DNA of 64,000 bases from Amphiscolops sp. MND2022 (lineage: Eukaryota), in the NCBI GenBank assembly GCA_964187785.1, contig OZ076413.1, forward strand, positions 46,068,001 to 46,132,000. The letters are read 5' to 3'. The translations under genes were made by a program, and so were the position numbers. Numbering within the stretch: position 1 is the stretch's first letter; every line of letters starts with the position of its first letter. The notes beneath the pieces were generated by a model, which worked only from the letters and a program-made list of their open reading frames with translations, did no database searches and was not told the DNA's origin. Shown here in pieces: positions 36,288 through 50,231 of this stretch.

Positions 36288-37759
36288 TGTGAGAATCATG
36301 ACCCGTGGTATCTCTCAAATCTCCTATAGATCGTGAATACTTCTTTGCAATCTTTATTTTAGGCCCAGATGCGCTATCCCTGTTTTCCTGACTATGAGGG
36401 GACAAACTTGCCTCAGTGTCACTGTGCCCCGTAGAGGACATCGAGTTAGCAATGTTTTGGATTTCTGGGATGACTCTTTCAGCTATAGCTGCCGTAATGG
36501 CTCTATTTATCTGACTATGCATCATTGACATCATAGAGTCCATCTCTTGAGACATTCTAAGGTTGAATTCATTTGAGAAAGTTTCAAAAGACTGTCTAAC
36601 TTCATTTTGTCTCAGTAAATCATTTTCATGTAGGTAATCTCTATATTCACTTCCTTGGTAGGCATTTGTATCAGCGTCCCCGTGGGTCGACGACTGATCT
36701 ATAGCATCAGCTAATTCTCTTTCTATGGGATTATTATTACTATTTCCCAGCATCACGTCTAAGTTTTCAAAGTCGGACATCATGTCCATTTCTCTAGATT
36801 TCCTGGCTTTAGCCTTTTGGCTTTTTGCAGAGGGCATAAGAGATTGTTACAAGATAAAAAAGTGAATTATCTTTTAGCTTGTAAATTCAGTGTGAGATTA
36901 CTAAACGGTAAGTAACTAGCATGTAGTATCATACAAAAGTTGTTGTCCCCGGGAGTAAATGGCCCGGCTATATATACTTGAAACTACATGACGATCATAA
37001 TTTTAGCAGTCATGAGCTAAAAATAGCCTTAAGGGCGTTCTAAATATAGCCAATGCTATAAATAGCAACAAGCATCATCATGACGTTATATACATCAAAG
37101 GTCCTTTCCGACAGTTAACATGGCGGGAAGCCCGTGAGTCCATACGGACAATCAACTATATACATGCATAAAACTAAACATTATACATGTATTTCAACAC
37201 TGGTTAGGATTGCATGAATCATATGAAAATGCACTGATAGCACGTTGTCTGCCGTAGTTCACAAGTCCTTTGAGGACTAATAATGCATCATATGGGAAAT
37301 TAAAGCACCAACAATTATGCAATTGATGATAATCACTAGCTAGCGCTTTTAATTTAGTTACGGACTCAGTGTCCAATAGACATGAACGGACCAGCGCTTT
37401 ATTGACAGGCGGCATATGGCCATCCAGTCCTTCAATTTGATAATATAGTACAGCAACGAATAAAGATAATACTGCACTGTGATTGGCTAACGAGTTAATT
37501 GGACTGGCGGACCAAGGGGACAGGCGAGAAAACATTCGAACGCGTTTCCTTTACCTGTACGCCTTGGTGTCCAATGAACTTACATATTAAGGCCAGTATA
37601 TTAATTTTACATGCGATTGCATAATACAAAACATATTATGAAGTAAAATATAAGGTTTACATGACTTTCTAGGATAATTTTAAGAGTTTTGCTTGCAAGT
37701 TTAGTTTAGAGGAAGGGTGTAGGGCTGCACTTTCTTATAGTCGTGGCAAATTGAACAGA
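36288..37759 (-). repeat. 3' LTR of B (minimum extent, at least 1472 bp; includes Gag N-terminus 36837-36288 and the end of ORF-X)
   Basis: Aligns with 50232-51704. The true start is probably further right, because the other copy is interrupted. Confidence 0.9.
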
Positions 37760-38585
37760 CATTGCCATCACAGGCGGACGCCTGGGACACTCCCCCTGGA
37801 ATCAGCATAAAACAGCCCACCTTCATTCCTTTCAGGAAGGCCAGTCTTCTTGCATTGAACTGTTCAGCTGATTCCCCCCGAATGGCTGTTTTATGAAGAT
37901 AGTCGATGACTGCCTCGTCTTGAATCTGTTCGACAGATTTCCCGCAAACGAGGCAGTCTGTTCAGTTTGAGATATAGGGGTTGTCTCCGCCATTCGGTCC
38001 CCTGAAGTGGATGCCATCGGTATGTTGTTGACTGTTACTAGTAGTGGCTTCTACTGCTATCCTCCAGTCGCCTGACGGGTATTTATCCCTGGCTGGGGGC
38101 GACATAGGCGTGTCGACCATGGGGATTAGTTGGCTGCATAAATTGATTGGGTGGTCATTTCTTAGCCGTGGGTCTCTCGCAATCGGCCCTCTGCCCATTC
38201 CCAAGTCAAAGTAGCCAGCATCAAACATAGGCCCAGGGTTGTACGCTAGCCTGGGTGTCGCAGCGCGAGTCACTTCTTGTTTATTGGCAGTAGAGGGGCT
38301 TGGAATACTTTCTGATGTCAACGGAAGTTCCATCTGCCTCTCCACACACTGAGCCAGAAGGGCCACCTCGTCGTCCTCAGGCAGGTTTTCCAAATCGTCA
38401 ACAGATGCACTGCTAGCGCACTCCATGTCGTCATCTGAGGATATGTAGATTATCCCGTCTCCGGGTACTGCCCCTTGGAAGTCCTCGGGGAAATATTCTG
38501 GAGACTCAGAGTCAAAGTGACTTGACAAGAATTTGTCCATGATCAATTTTTTGACTATTTTGGAAAATTGACTGAGGGTTTTCAA
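37701..38585 (-). pseudogene. ORF-X of element B (one in-frame TGA at 37964-37962)
   Basis: Reading through the TGA gives N*TDCLVCGKSVEQIQDEAVIDYLH...FLKGMKVGCFMLIPGGVSQASACDG...YTLPLN*, matching A's RCTSCMVCGKSVDEI...VSQAAACDG...TLPIY. Confidence 0.8.
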
Positions 38586-39772
38586 GTTTTGATTTTTTGA
38601 AGAGCTGCTGATTGTTGAGAATGAAACTGAAACAATGGCGGTTTCCCTCTCCGTCGACTTGCGGGAGTTTTCGTTTCAGTTTCCCGGGGTTTTACTCTTC
38701 CTTGCTGACTAAATTTTCAATAACAAAGTTCCTTCCTTCTAGAATCTTTCAACTAGCCGCTCGATCTTCTTTGAAAATGCCGACCGAGGCTTTGTTGACT
38801 TACATCAACTCTATCGACACTTCCATATTAAGAGCGTCGCTTCAAGTGTTTATTAACACTCATCTAGCACTTAATAGTTTCAAGAGGGTGAAGATATGGC
38901 AGACGGCCACGCCGTCCATCAGCAGTTTTGATTAGCCAATAGGAATGCAGCATATTCCTTCCTGAATAAAAATAACTCCTCAAGGTCGTAAATCCATATA
39001 AGGACTAATGTAAAATGACCTTGAAATTAAATAAAATCTTGATAAAATCATGAAATAATTTGTAAAAATGGTAAAGTTTCGAAATAAATGAATGAATGTA
39101 GATATCGCTGGCAGACTCCATCCACATAATAATGTAAATTGTAAACAACTGCAAATTTGATACCAAATTGTATAGCCACGAACTCCAATTTTGACACTTT
39201 GTCACATTGCCGATTCACCTTTCAATTCTTTTACATTTGAATTCTCTCCAATTACTCTCTCTGTATTATCGCCAGTATTTAATCATCTTTAGTCTTTTAG
39301 TCTTTGAGTCGTATTTATTTGTACTTTGTCTGAAGTTTCCATTTATAATTTCTCCTCGTTACATCTTCTGTGGATTTCTTGGGCCACCCTAGGACAATCG
39401 ACACTGAGTCCCTTTCGGCAGACCCAGCCATATTTAGCATTCTCTCCCTCTTTCAAAGAAGAATTTGCTCTTCCTGCTCAGCAGCTGCTGTAGAATCGCT
39501 ATTCCGATCACAACGTACTTCTCCTCGGCAGATCGACCTCCAAGACTGATAATTCATCAATCGTCAGCAATCTGTGCTCAGAACGTTCTTCCTTCAATTT
39601 AATCCATACAGGTCAGTAGCATTTCAGGGTTTTTTCATTTCTATTTTTGGTAACGAACTAATTTGAGGCTTGATGAGGGCTCTCATTTCATTCACGTACT
39701 TCCTGTCCCATAGCTCAAGCATTCACTTGAGTGTTCAAAATATCTACTTCCGGAAGATTTTTTAACGCAGTA

Positions 39773-42700
39773 ATGGACTCGTTTTCAGGAAGCTTTCCGC
39801 TTGAATTTATCTCTTTCTATTTAGACATGTCGTCCGAAGAGCACAATGAAGTTGTTCCCGCTACCGCTACTTGAACCTTGATAGAAGAAGAAGTTCCACA
39901 ACAGCTCGAAGAAACAGCAGTCAGCCAGGCTACTGCAGCACTAAAGGACGCTGAGTCCAAACAGCCTGATCCGCCAAAAGACAGGTCAAACAAAGACAGC
40001 AAAGACTGACCCAACTCCTAGTCCTTCCACTGATGAGAGTACCTCTGCGTACATTGAGCGTCAGTTGCAGACTCTAGGTTGTCAGGGCACTGGACTGGAC
40101 ATCTCTTTCTTGCCTCCTACCACATCTGCCATCGGAGACAATGCGCTTGAACCAACAGCTGAGAAGGTTTCTGAGTCGGAGCCAATTCCCCAGGTCGCAA
40201 CAGAATCAGCAGACAAGGAGTCGCACGAAGTTGAGGCCGAGCGAGCGACTGACATCGTCAGTGAAACTGGCTTTTCCGCCACCAAGGCGGACTACTTTCA
40301 AACAGACACCAGCGATATTGAGGAGCTGCTTGATAGTTCTGGAGCTGAGACTGCCAAAGAACCTCCTTTCCTGATCGCGATAGAGACACAAAGCGCCACT
40401 GGGTCAGAAGCCCGTAAGGAGACTGAGCAATTGTCCTCAGCAGGGTTGCCAGACGTCTCTCCCCCAAAACTTTTCAGCCCTACTAGACCTCTATCTGCCT
40501 CTGCTCGCACTCTCATTAATCAACATTTCAGCGAGACCAATCCAAGCATCCTCCCAGTGGGTCATGCAACTGTAGCCTTTAATCAGGGTCAGGTGCATTC
40601 CATCTTGCGCGCCGTCTCCACTGAGACCATTACTTCTTCTCTTCACCAAATGAAGAATATACGAAGAATATACTGGAGGAAGCGATAGCGATCCGGGTGG
40701 GAATCCGTTCCCAAGGCGCCCAACAAGGACTCGGCAAACAGCGGATCAAATGCTTCCGCAAACAGACTGATAGCCCTGGACCAGATGAGCAAGATAGCGA
40801 CGTTGGGACTGAGGGGTACACCAGCGGAGCCCTTAGTTCAGAAGATGAGTTTGTCATCAACTCACAAAGGACTGGTAAGGAGCTTAGCATCATTACTCCC
40901 CCAAGTCCTCCTGGACAAGGTTCGTCTTCCACGCCTGGACCATCATCTACGCACCAAGTCTCCAGTCCAGGGTTCTGCTCAACTGATTATGAGCCATTGG
41001 CTACATTGACCACTGACCAAGCCTCCGCCTCTAGTCAACCACGCAAGCGTCGACGGCTTCCAGGACGTACCGGCAAGATAATGAAGGAGGCTTATTTCAA
41101 AGGAATCCAATGGACCCGCACGTTTGTCCCCGGCCCACTAGACCCGGAGCAGAACGAACACAAATTCTATTGCCAAATATGCAAGACGAATGTTTCAATT
41201 TTCCCGAATGGTGCCCGGGAGATCGTTCGTCATTTCCAGTGCGAATCCCATTTCCGTAAGGACCAGCGCTGGAGATTCGAGCATTTGAAGAAGAATGACA
41301 AGGTGACTGGCCGAATTGTCCATGAAGTCAGGGGGAAGAAAGGCCAACTGCTGACACCTTTGGAACTTGAGAGGGAGAAACCCTTCTTTATGCAGGCCCC
41401 CTTAGTTGAAAGTGGTTGCAGTTACCCGTTTTACGAAGACCACATGGAAGGCCTGGGATCCATTGCTGGACAGGTGGAAATCAGACTGTGCGTCCAAATC
41501 TCCATGGTTGCTCTCTTCGCTCCTCGCTGCGGGGATCTACACGTCCTCGAGTTGCTATGGTTGCAGATTGGCACTGTAACCGATTACCAGAGTCTGTTCC
41601 ATACGATTGGGGTTCCTCCACATTGACAGTAAGTACCGTCAATTTCTAGCATCAGGGTCCATTCTGACTAGCATAGCCTAGATATATTTTCATCCTTGTT
41701 GGTTTGTTTCAGACGATTTTCCATCACATTTTCCTCTGTGGCATCGCAGACATCGCGTACCAAGGCAGTGTCACGGGCAAGTACTCTTTGGAGTTTGAGA
41801 TGCGGGGCACCTACAGCTTTGTCTCGATTCGTTTCTGGAAGGGCGAATCCCTCAATGTCGTCCATTTGCTGCGCTACCGGACTGCTTCAGAGCCTACTGC
41901 CGGTTTCTTGTTGGCACTTTCCCGTCTCTTGTCCGTGTTGTCAACACAGCCCCAAATCGTGAGTGTGTCTGGATGTCCCGCTGAGCTAATCCCGCTTCTT
42001 GAGCGTTCTTGCTTCTTCCAAAAGGGGATTGAGTACCCCTTTCCATTCGATGCACTTTCTTTGCCGGACATGATGCACGAACGGTGGGGAAGCGTGTTTG
42101 GAACCATCAGCTTCTTCTCACAACTGAAGTTTCTGGTTGCCTTCTTGGACGGCTGCAGTGGACAGCCATGGGCTGCCCTAATGCCAGAATTCGTCAAGGT
42201 AAGGTCAATGTCTCTTCGACTGTAGGTCCAGATTTAGATTGCTTCTGATATTCATACTGTCTGTAGGCCATGTCTACCTATCATCTGGAGATCGCTGCTG
42301 TGCCTACCATATGTTCGGAACTGATCGCGAACTGGAAGTCTGTGCACTAACACTTCACATAGATTGCGCCACCACAAGTGAATCAGGGGGTCAAGAGCAA
42401 GCCCCAAAGTCTCGAGTGGGAAATCATTGCTGATGATTTCTCCACAATCAAACTGGACTTCTTCGCACGGATTGTTCGTGATTGTTAGTATAGTGATCTT
42501 TTCATTTTGTCCTCAGGCCACATGGTCTCCGTTTTAATTGTCACTAAGCAAAGTTCATCCAAGATGTGGTAGATCGTCATATTAGGTCCACGGATGTCAT
42601 AAGGACCAGGTGGGACGATAATATATTTTGTTTTCCAGACACCAAGAGCTTCGAGAGCCAATTTGCACAGCGAAGGGATAGTGGTTTCTACACTTTCCGC

Positions 42701-43789
42701 GAATTCCACACCTTCATCCGAAAGCTGGCTGTCCGAGCTCTTCTCCCCAGACACGTGCCCGAGACACTGGACTGGAAGTCGCTAGATGACCTGCAAGGAC
42801 AGAACTGGCGGCAACTGTCAAATCGCGACTTCTTGAGCCGCTTGAAGCTGAAAGAGAATTTGGATGCTGCTTGTCTCGCTCGCGTCAAGAAGATCTACAG
42901 TGAGAAACAAGTGACTCCTGAAGAAAGAGACGCTGCAGTTGAAGCCACCCGGGACGATGTCGCCACCAAGGCCCGAGGTTACCTTTATCACCTTTTGAAA
43001 GTCTTCCTCGCAGACATTAGCCTCAATGCTGGTATCGTCAGACGTTCGGGCAGTTTCGATTCAGTAGCCCTCCTGAGTCTGCCGATTGAACAAGCCACAA
43101 ATTGCTTCTCTGCTTTATATCGGTCCTTCAGTTTGCGAGGATGGTTGGAGAATTCCCCAGAGACCGATGCCCGAGACGAGTACGTCGATTTTGTAGAGTA
43201 CTTCCGTCAAGCAAATTCTGGAGCTGAGGACACCTCGGAGGTCTTCACCGACATGGTAGCCTATCTGATGGGCATGCCCGAATTGAAGTTGCGCAAACAT
43301 TTATTCTACATCTTCCAGTTGAGTTGTCTGTGTCTAACTTCTAAATTGCCAGAGCTCCCAGCTATCAAATTCTCTGGAGTTGATTGCAATGATCCCCGAA
43401 GTAGGCTTTTCGATGTCATCATGCCTGCACAGTCCTACCTTGCTAATGTGGCGAACTCAATAGCTGTATGTACTACAGAAGCTTCCCTGGGTACTTTCAA
43501 AGATCTGGAATTTCGTTTCAGCAGCGGCAACGTCCCAGGAGATCCTTGGTCACACGTAGACAGTTTCGGCAAGGCCAATTCACATAAAACCCTGATCGCA
43601 GTCTACAAGGCTCTGGGCAAGAGTGTCCGTCTTGACATCGAGTCTGCTTCCAGCTCTTCTTCTAAAGAAGTCGGAAAACAGCGTAAGCAGTCCACCGATA
43701 AAGGCAAGAAGGCTGGCTTCCGGATAGCTAGCGAAACTGAAGCCACTAAATCCTCCGATGTAAACGCTCCCGGAACTTCTAAATCTTAA
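39773..43789 (+). pseudogene. Antisense spliced zinc-finger/hAT-like gene of element B
   Basis: Exons about 39773-41628 (with stops and frameshifts), 41713-42198, 42267-42483 (two stops) and 42639-43789. Donors GTAAGT, GTAAGG, GTTAGT. Motifs FYCQICKTNVSI...RHFQCESHFRKDQRWRFEHLK, SIRFWKG and FQLSCLCLTS are homologous to A. Confidence 0.85.
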
Positions 43790-44022
43790 ATGTACAAAGA
43801 GTACATTTGCTCCTAGACTGTAATTGTTGTAAACTGCTTTGTATTTATTTCATCTATTTGTTGGTTTGTTTGGGTGTGGCTTTGTATTATTCGCCACTGA
43901 GTCTTCTTTATTGTATATAATTATTTCAAGTAGCAAAATAAGTAAGAAAAGTCCCAAGTAAAAAATAAATGTCCACACGGACTAGTAGTAAAGGAAAAAG
44001 GACTGCTAATTCAAGTTTCTGG

Positions 44023-47000
44023 CTAGTATCTGTATTCATCAGTAAAGTTGGGGTTGGGGTTAGGTCGAAGATTGTATCTCCCTCCTCTAGGGCTAGAGTT
44101 TTCTTCAGAGTTTTCTTTTTCCGATATTCCGGGCACGGTAATGTATGCGCCTCTGTTTGAAACATTTCCTGTATCTTGTAAATCATTAGTGACCGTCACG
44201 TGACGTGGTTTTCATTTTGCGTATTATTAGTCGTTTCATCCAATTGTGACGACACGTCTTGGCTATTACGCGACTGCGTTCGTGTTTCATTCTCGTTGAC
44301 GTCATCCTCGTTAGATCGTTCGCTGTGGCTTCCAGTCTCGCTTGCGCTGCCGCGTTCATTCTCGATGACGTAATTTTCTACACTGCCGTCTTCAGCTTTG
44401 GTCGGCCGGCGTGTGGCCACGTCGGTCCAATCATCTTTTCTCGGTTCAAATAATTCGTATTCGAAATCCACTTCCCATGAGATAGTGTACAAGTCGTCTT
44501 GTGGTACTACAACCTCATTGTCAGGTTGTAATTTTTCGCCATCATATTTGTCCTCTAAGGGGGCATTTGGTACGAATTTTTTCAGTCCAATACGATGGAG
44601 TATTTGCGTTTTATTAGTATTTAATCGACGCACAATATAATTGTCATTGGACAATACTGTCTGAACGACAAAGGGGCCAATCCACTTGTATTCCTTGAAT
44701 GGGATTTTTGATGCTTGGCTTTCCGCTTTAGGCTGTAAAACGGAGCAGTAATCCTTCTCTTTAAGCGGAGCCGCTTTGGCTTTTCGGTCGTAATAATCTT
44801 TGTACTTTAAGTAGGACTGCATAATGTTCTTTTTAGCCTGGTCGATGAGGATTTGTGTCCTCTGCTGTACTTCTTCCGCAAATTCCGTAGTTGGCAAGAA
44901 ATTTTTATTGAAATTATTTCCCAAATTGTGATCTAGGACGTAAAAGGAACTCTGCCATGAAAGACTTTGCTCGGCTCACATCCAATACTGGAGTGGTATG
45001 TAGTATTGTAGTTGAGCACGGCCAATAGCAAATATTTATGCCACTGTCGAAGATATTCCCCTGAGGCCATTTTCAAGTTGGTCTTGAGTGAGGCGTGCGT
45101 CCTCTCAAGCTTGCCAATTGTTTGCGGGTGCTTTGTAGTGGCGCATTTGAGTGTTATGCCCAAAATTTGAGTTATTTCAGCTATGATGGTTGATGTGAAT
45201 GCGGACCCTTTGTCCGTAATAAGAGTTGTCGGTATATATGAATGTTTCGTCATAATGGCTATTATTACTTTGGCTACATTTGTGGCTGTCGCCTCAATTA
45301 GCGGGTAGGCGAATAGGTATCTTGAAAAATCATCAATAGCTGTCATTACTGTGATTACTGTTTGGTAGCCGCCGCTGGTCGGTAGATTTGATAAAAAATC
45401 AATTTGCATGGCGTCTTCAGGACCGAGGTCCCATTCGGGCAGATTTAGCAATTCTGGTCTAATAGTAATATTAGGGACCCTCTTGTCTCTGGCACACGTT
45501 TCGCAGCCTTCTACCCATTTTTTGACATGTTTTGCCATTCCGGGGTAGTAGTGTTTTCGGCGAATTTCTTGTAGCATTTTGGATATGCCTGGGTGTCGGT
45601 TTGCCGTGCCATGTAATGCTTGTAATAATTCTTTCAACAAATGTTTCGGCAGTAAAATCTGGTGGTATTTGATTTTGCCTGTTTCATCATAGTATTTCCT
45701 TGTCACAATTTCGTCTTTGAGGACTATTCGGTCCAGGTTATTCAAATAATGTCTATACCGAATGTCCTGCTGGGAGGATTTCTTCAGAGTATTCCTCATT
45801 CTGAATTTTTGCTTTTAATTGAAGCAAGATCGGGTCTTTGGATGGTTCTAGCAGTATTTGATTAGTTCTGCGGATTTTCTGCGTGAAATTAGTAATTTCT
45901 TCAACATTTTCGGATATGGCATCAATCTGGATGACGGTCTCTGAGACCTTGAGTCCTGCTTTCGATTGCCTTTTTCGTTCCCAAATTTGTTCTTCCTCGG
46001 TAAAGAACACTTGTTCCTCTTCGGACACACCAGCCGATTGGACATTGACTTCAATAGGTTGTATTTCAACGTCTGCTCGAATCTTCAGGACTAACTTTTC
46101 AGTAGGGTCCATTTCCATACCGGACAGGTAGTCTGCCGCTGTATCATTTTTGCCTGGATTGTGGGCGATAGTGAAATTGAACTGGATGACGAAATCACAT
46201 GGATTCCATATTGGCGGCGGTATAATTTTGGTCTGGAAGAACCTTGTGACCGATTTGTTGTCTAAAGATAATTACCGGTTTGGGTGTCCCCCAGAATATA
46301 TGTCCGAATTCTTTGAAAGCGTAGTATATAGCGAGAAATTTTTTCGCATATATCGACATTTTGAGTTGGGAAGGAATAAAAGTTTTCGAGCCATAAGCAA
46401 TAGGCGCATAGGATTTCTTGACTGAAGTGAATTTCTGGTTTGGGTCGTCTTCAGTGAGTATAGCATATCCTGCTGCCGTAAAGCTGTCATCAGGACTAGC
46501 TGTCGATTCGGCAGTGGTTGCCTCAAGGCTAGCTGGCTACATCGATCCAGATCTCTAATGATTTCGTTGAATTGTTCGATTAACTCCGATGTCACTAAGA
46601 CCTTCTCGTCCTTCTTGAGTAGTTGAAAGAAGGGAACCAAATTTGCTGACAGTCTCGGTTTGTAGTTTCTGTAGTAATTGAGGAATCCAAAGTATCGTTG
46701 CAAGGCCTTTTTGGGAATTTCGTTTTTTCTAGGAAGTTTATAATGCTTTCCTTTTGAGGCTTGACGCCCTCGGGGGTGATTGTTCTTCCTAGAAAGTCGA
46801 TTTCGGTTGCGCCGAATTAGCATTTGTGCATTGTCAACTTTAATCCAGCCTCTCTGATGCATTCAAATGTTGCTCGGAGGTTTTTGATCAAGTGTTCAGC
46901 ATCGTTTGCCGCTATGCCAATGTCGTCGACATATTGCGCGCATTGATCAGCCTTGATAACTCGGCCCAAGTATTCCCTCATAAAACTGGAGAAGGCCGAG

Positions 47001-49113
47001 AGGGCTCTACTGAGTCCTCGAGCCAATCTTCTGTAAGCAAAAGTTCTGCTGGCAAAATTGAAGGCCAACATTTCGATAGACCTTTGGTCTGCCATCTGAA
47101 GGCAGTGGTACGCCTGTGAACAATCGAGTTTGCAAACGAGCTTCTTCCCGGCCATATGTTGCGCAGCGTCCGTCAAGGTACTAACTGGGTGGGTGGTTAT
47201 TATTAATATAATCATCGGAGATCAAATTATTGATCTTCCTGAGGTCTACTAATAACCGTAGCTTGCATTGGGCTTCTTTTGCACAAAAATAGGACTGGCG
47301 TATTTTGAGAACGGTAACGTAGTTATGATACCGTATTTGTGGAGTAACGCCAACTCAACCAGGGAATCCTCTTTTAAATTGATCGGAGTCGGTAAGCTCT
47401 GGCTGTAGGCAGGTGAGTCGTCCTTCGGGGTCAGTTTGACCGTGAACTCCTCGTTCATCCCAATATCAAACCTATGGCGGGCGAATATGTCGTGAAATTC
47501 CACCAAGAGAGCTTCTATTTGTTTGATTTCATGCTGTTGTAGCATTGAGTCTTTCCAGTCGAAATTACTGAGGAACTTTTGCCGAGATTCTTCATCTTCT
47601 TGAGGATTGAGGCTTTCTGCTTCTTGCAAATTTCGTAGTTCTCTGAGTATCCGTTTATGTATTGGCGTGTGGGACGCTTCGTCCCCCGGACTCTCAGGAG
47701 TTGGAAACCAATATTGTTCGTATTGGTCGTTGTTCCTGTTGGCTTTGAGAAGGCTGCTAATGTAGTGAACAGCGTCTTCTTCGTTTTCATTGAGTAGACG
47801 CCAGGTGGACACTGGGTCTATTGGCCTGACGTGTTTCATCTGCCCGGGCGTCATTACTAAAAAGTTGGCTATGTGTGTTCCCTTTATGAGTTTGTAGGGT
47901 TGATCAGTGAAATTATTGACGTGTATCTTTGTGGTCCCTTCATCCAGCGTAATTATAGCAGCGCAGAATGTTATGTCATTTTCTTCATTTAGGGGTTCAC
48001 TGTTCTGTAAGATCCCAGTGACAGCATTTTCTGCATAAATTCTGGATTGAATCGAGATAATTGTACTGTCATTTGGCGGAGTTGTTACATCCTAGGGTTG
48101 AGGATGGGTTCCATGACGTTCGAGTATTTGTGGTCAGCCGTTTTCAATTGCATTGAGAAAAAGGGAAAATTGAGTATGCCTTGGCGCATGTCTAGGACTG
48201 TATGGTTTCTTTGTAAGAACATAAGTCCAATTATAGGGCTGGATAGTTTTTCCATCACAATGAAGATTTCATGGAACTCAATGTCCCCCACTTCAAATTT
48301 CAATTCCACGGTACTTTTAGGAGTCTCTAGGTCGCCATTTGCAACCATTATTTGGAAAGATGGGGCAGGTCCCTCTTTGACTATGGATTGAGGCGCTAGT
48401 AGCCGTATTTTCCAGAGGTCTGCTTCTGGTATTGCACTGGAGTGAGCCCCAGAGTTTAAGAGTTCATCTAACGTTATTTCTCCGAAGTCCATTGGAAAGT
48501 ATAACATCCGCCTTTTGATTTTAAGTCCAAGGTTGGTGGAAAGGGGAACGTATGGCGGTTCGCCTTGTTGTTCCACTAAAATATGCATGAAGGCTGTTTC
48601 GTCCAGAATGCTGTTGAGGCCTTGATAGTCTTCCTGGTGTTGAGGTTCCTCTATTTCTTCTATAAGGGCTTCAGAGTTTGGCTGCCAAAGTTCAATGAGG
48701 GCCCTAGAGAGTTTGGTGTCCTCTATCTGGGGATCGTCCTCATCGTCCGTTGGTGGATAGTCGTCACGTCTGAATTGCAGGTTTTGTTTATCATATAGTT
48801 CGTCGTCCCAATACGGGTCCTTGCCGTACTCAGGATCAGGGTACTGAGGGTGATAATCTTCGATCAAAGGTAAAGGTCGGAATTGAGTCTCAAAGTCCTT
48901 AGTATGGTCAATTTCGTAAAATCGGTCTGGGCGATCATTATGTACTATTTTATAAGTTCGAATACAGGCTTTTGCCATTTGTTGCTGCCAGACAACAGTA
49001 GGAATACCTTTTGTATCCTCGATTCTTTGGCTGTAATTGATTATTGGAGGGTCTGAAATGACATATTGTCGAACTGACATATAGTCATGTATTTGGAGCC
49101 GTGGCAAAATTAG
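44023..49113 (-). pseudogene. pol: Gypsy pol of B (protease, RT, RNase H, integrase), multiple stops and frameshifts
   Basis: Motifs LLNSGAHSS (degenerate protease), YASPIFV, KLDCSQAYH, QYVDDI, GFLNYYR, HPGISKM..CETC, ITDKGSAF and WIGPFVV. Ends NLRPNPNPNFTDEYRY*. Confidence 0.93.
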
Positions 49114-49119
49114 TTTTTT
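49113..49119 (-). other. -1 ribosomal frameshift slippery site A AAA AAC at the gag/pol junction
   Basis: The minus strand reads GAT TCA AAA AAC TAA. The -1 frame continues AAA CTA ATT TTG CCA into the pol ORF at 49107. Confidence 0.75.
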
Positions 49120-50217
49120 GAATCAGTCTTTTTGGTATTGGATTGGCTTGAACTAGTAGCCGCCGAGTCACTGGTTGTTTCAGGTTTGCCTTCCGAAGTT
49201 GAAGCATTTGCATCCTTTTGCTCTGTCTGGGGTCTCTTGGGACGCAGGTGGGCGCCAGCGCCTTGCCAACATCTTTCAGTTGAATTGTTCTTTTTCCCGC
49301 ATATGTCACATGGTGGGTAAGTTGGACGCTGTGGTTTTTTGCCATCTTTTTCCTCCATTTCTTTCTTTTTCTTGAGTTTAGTACAGCTTTTGTAATAATG
49401 ATGTCCCGTCGCCTTACAATAGGAGCATTGGGCGTCTTTGATGGTGTTGATGCCGTTAGACAGCAAATTGGTCTGATTCGTGGACGCCGAGGCAATAGTG
49501 GCCATTGGCAAGTCGTCTGACTCTTCTAGTGCATTGAGTTCTAGTTCTCTTTCAAGATGAGCAACAATTTCTCCAACCGGGCCATGTTGACAGATCGTTT
49601 TAGTTTTGGTGAAGTTTCGCGTATAACAAGCTGTCAATCATGCTTTTTGCATTTTCACGGAAGGCTTTTTCAGCCCCTTGGTTCAATTCTTCCAAGAAGT
49701 CCGGCAATTTCATGGTACTTGTGTCGAACGTCAGTCGGTGCCATTTGTGTTTTGCCGTCGCTTGGGATTCCGGTTTAACGTACTTTCTCCGGAATATGAC
49801 CAGTACTTCCTCTAGAGTCTGACGGTTGATGGAATTTATGTTCGTGAACGTCTGTAATGCCCCTTTTCGTAACAATGAATGGAAATGATTGATTTTCATC
49901 TGTTCTATCATTGCAGGTTGCATTTTGATCATCGTGTGGAACAAGTCCTCGAGAAATTCAAAGTTTTCGCTTTTCCCGTCGAATGTCATTGGCGTTGTTT
50001 GGACAGGTCTAATGGTCATTTTGTGAGGTTTGTTTTGTAAATTGACTTATACATCAGCCAATCTATTGAGCGGGTCCTGAGATGTCTCTGGGACCTCAGG
50101 GTCTGATGCTGGAGTCGCATCCAGAGAGACATTGTGGTTAGATTGTTGCTTCTCCAGGTTTGGGATTGAGTGCATTCGTCCAGTCAGAAATTCGGGAATT
50201 TGCTTCTGGGTGTCAAT

Positions 50218-50231
50218 AGCTCCTGTCACCA
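50218..50231 (-). other. Primer binding site of B (TGGTGACAGGAGCT, tRNA-Leu-like)
   Basis: Directly follows the LTR terminal CA. Resembles the TGGTGTCAGGAG tRNA-Leu PBS; the tRNA identity is uncertain. Confidence 0.65.

Noticed and set aside
37962..37964. TGA at a conserved Cys position of ORF-X (selenocysteine?)
   Set aside because: Element B has many other stops and frameshifts. A single TGY>TGA mutation explains it, and I recognised no SECIS.
39438..39454. Candidate PPT (GAAAGAGGGAGAGAA) and TG start for B's 3' LTR
   Set aside because: Plausible, but it cannot be confirmed: the 5' LTR is truncated and the equivalent site in A is ambiguous.
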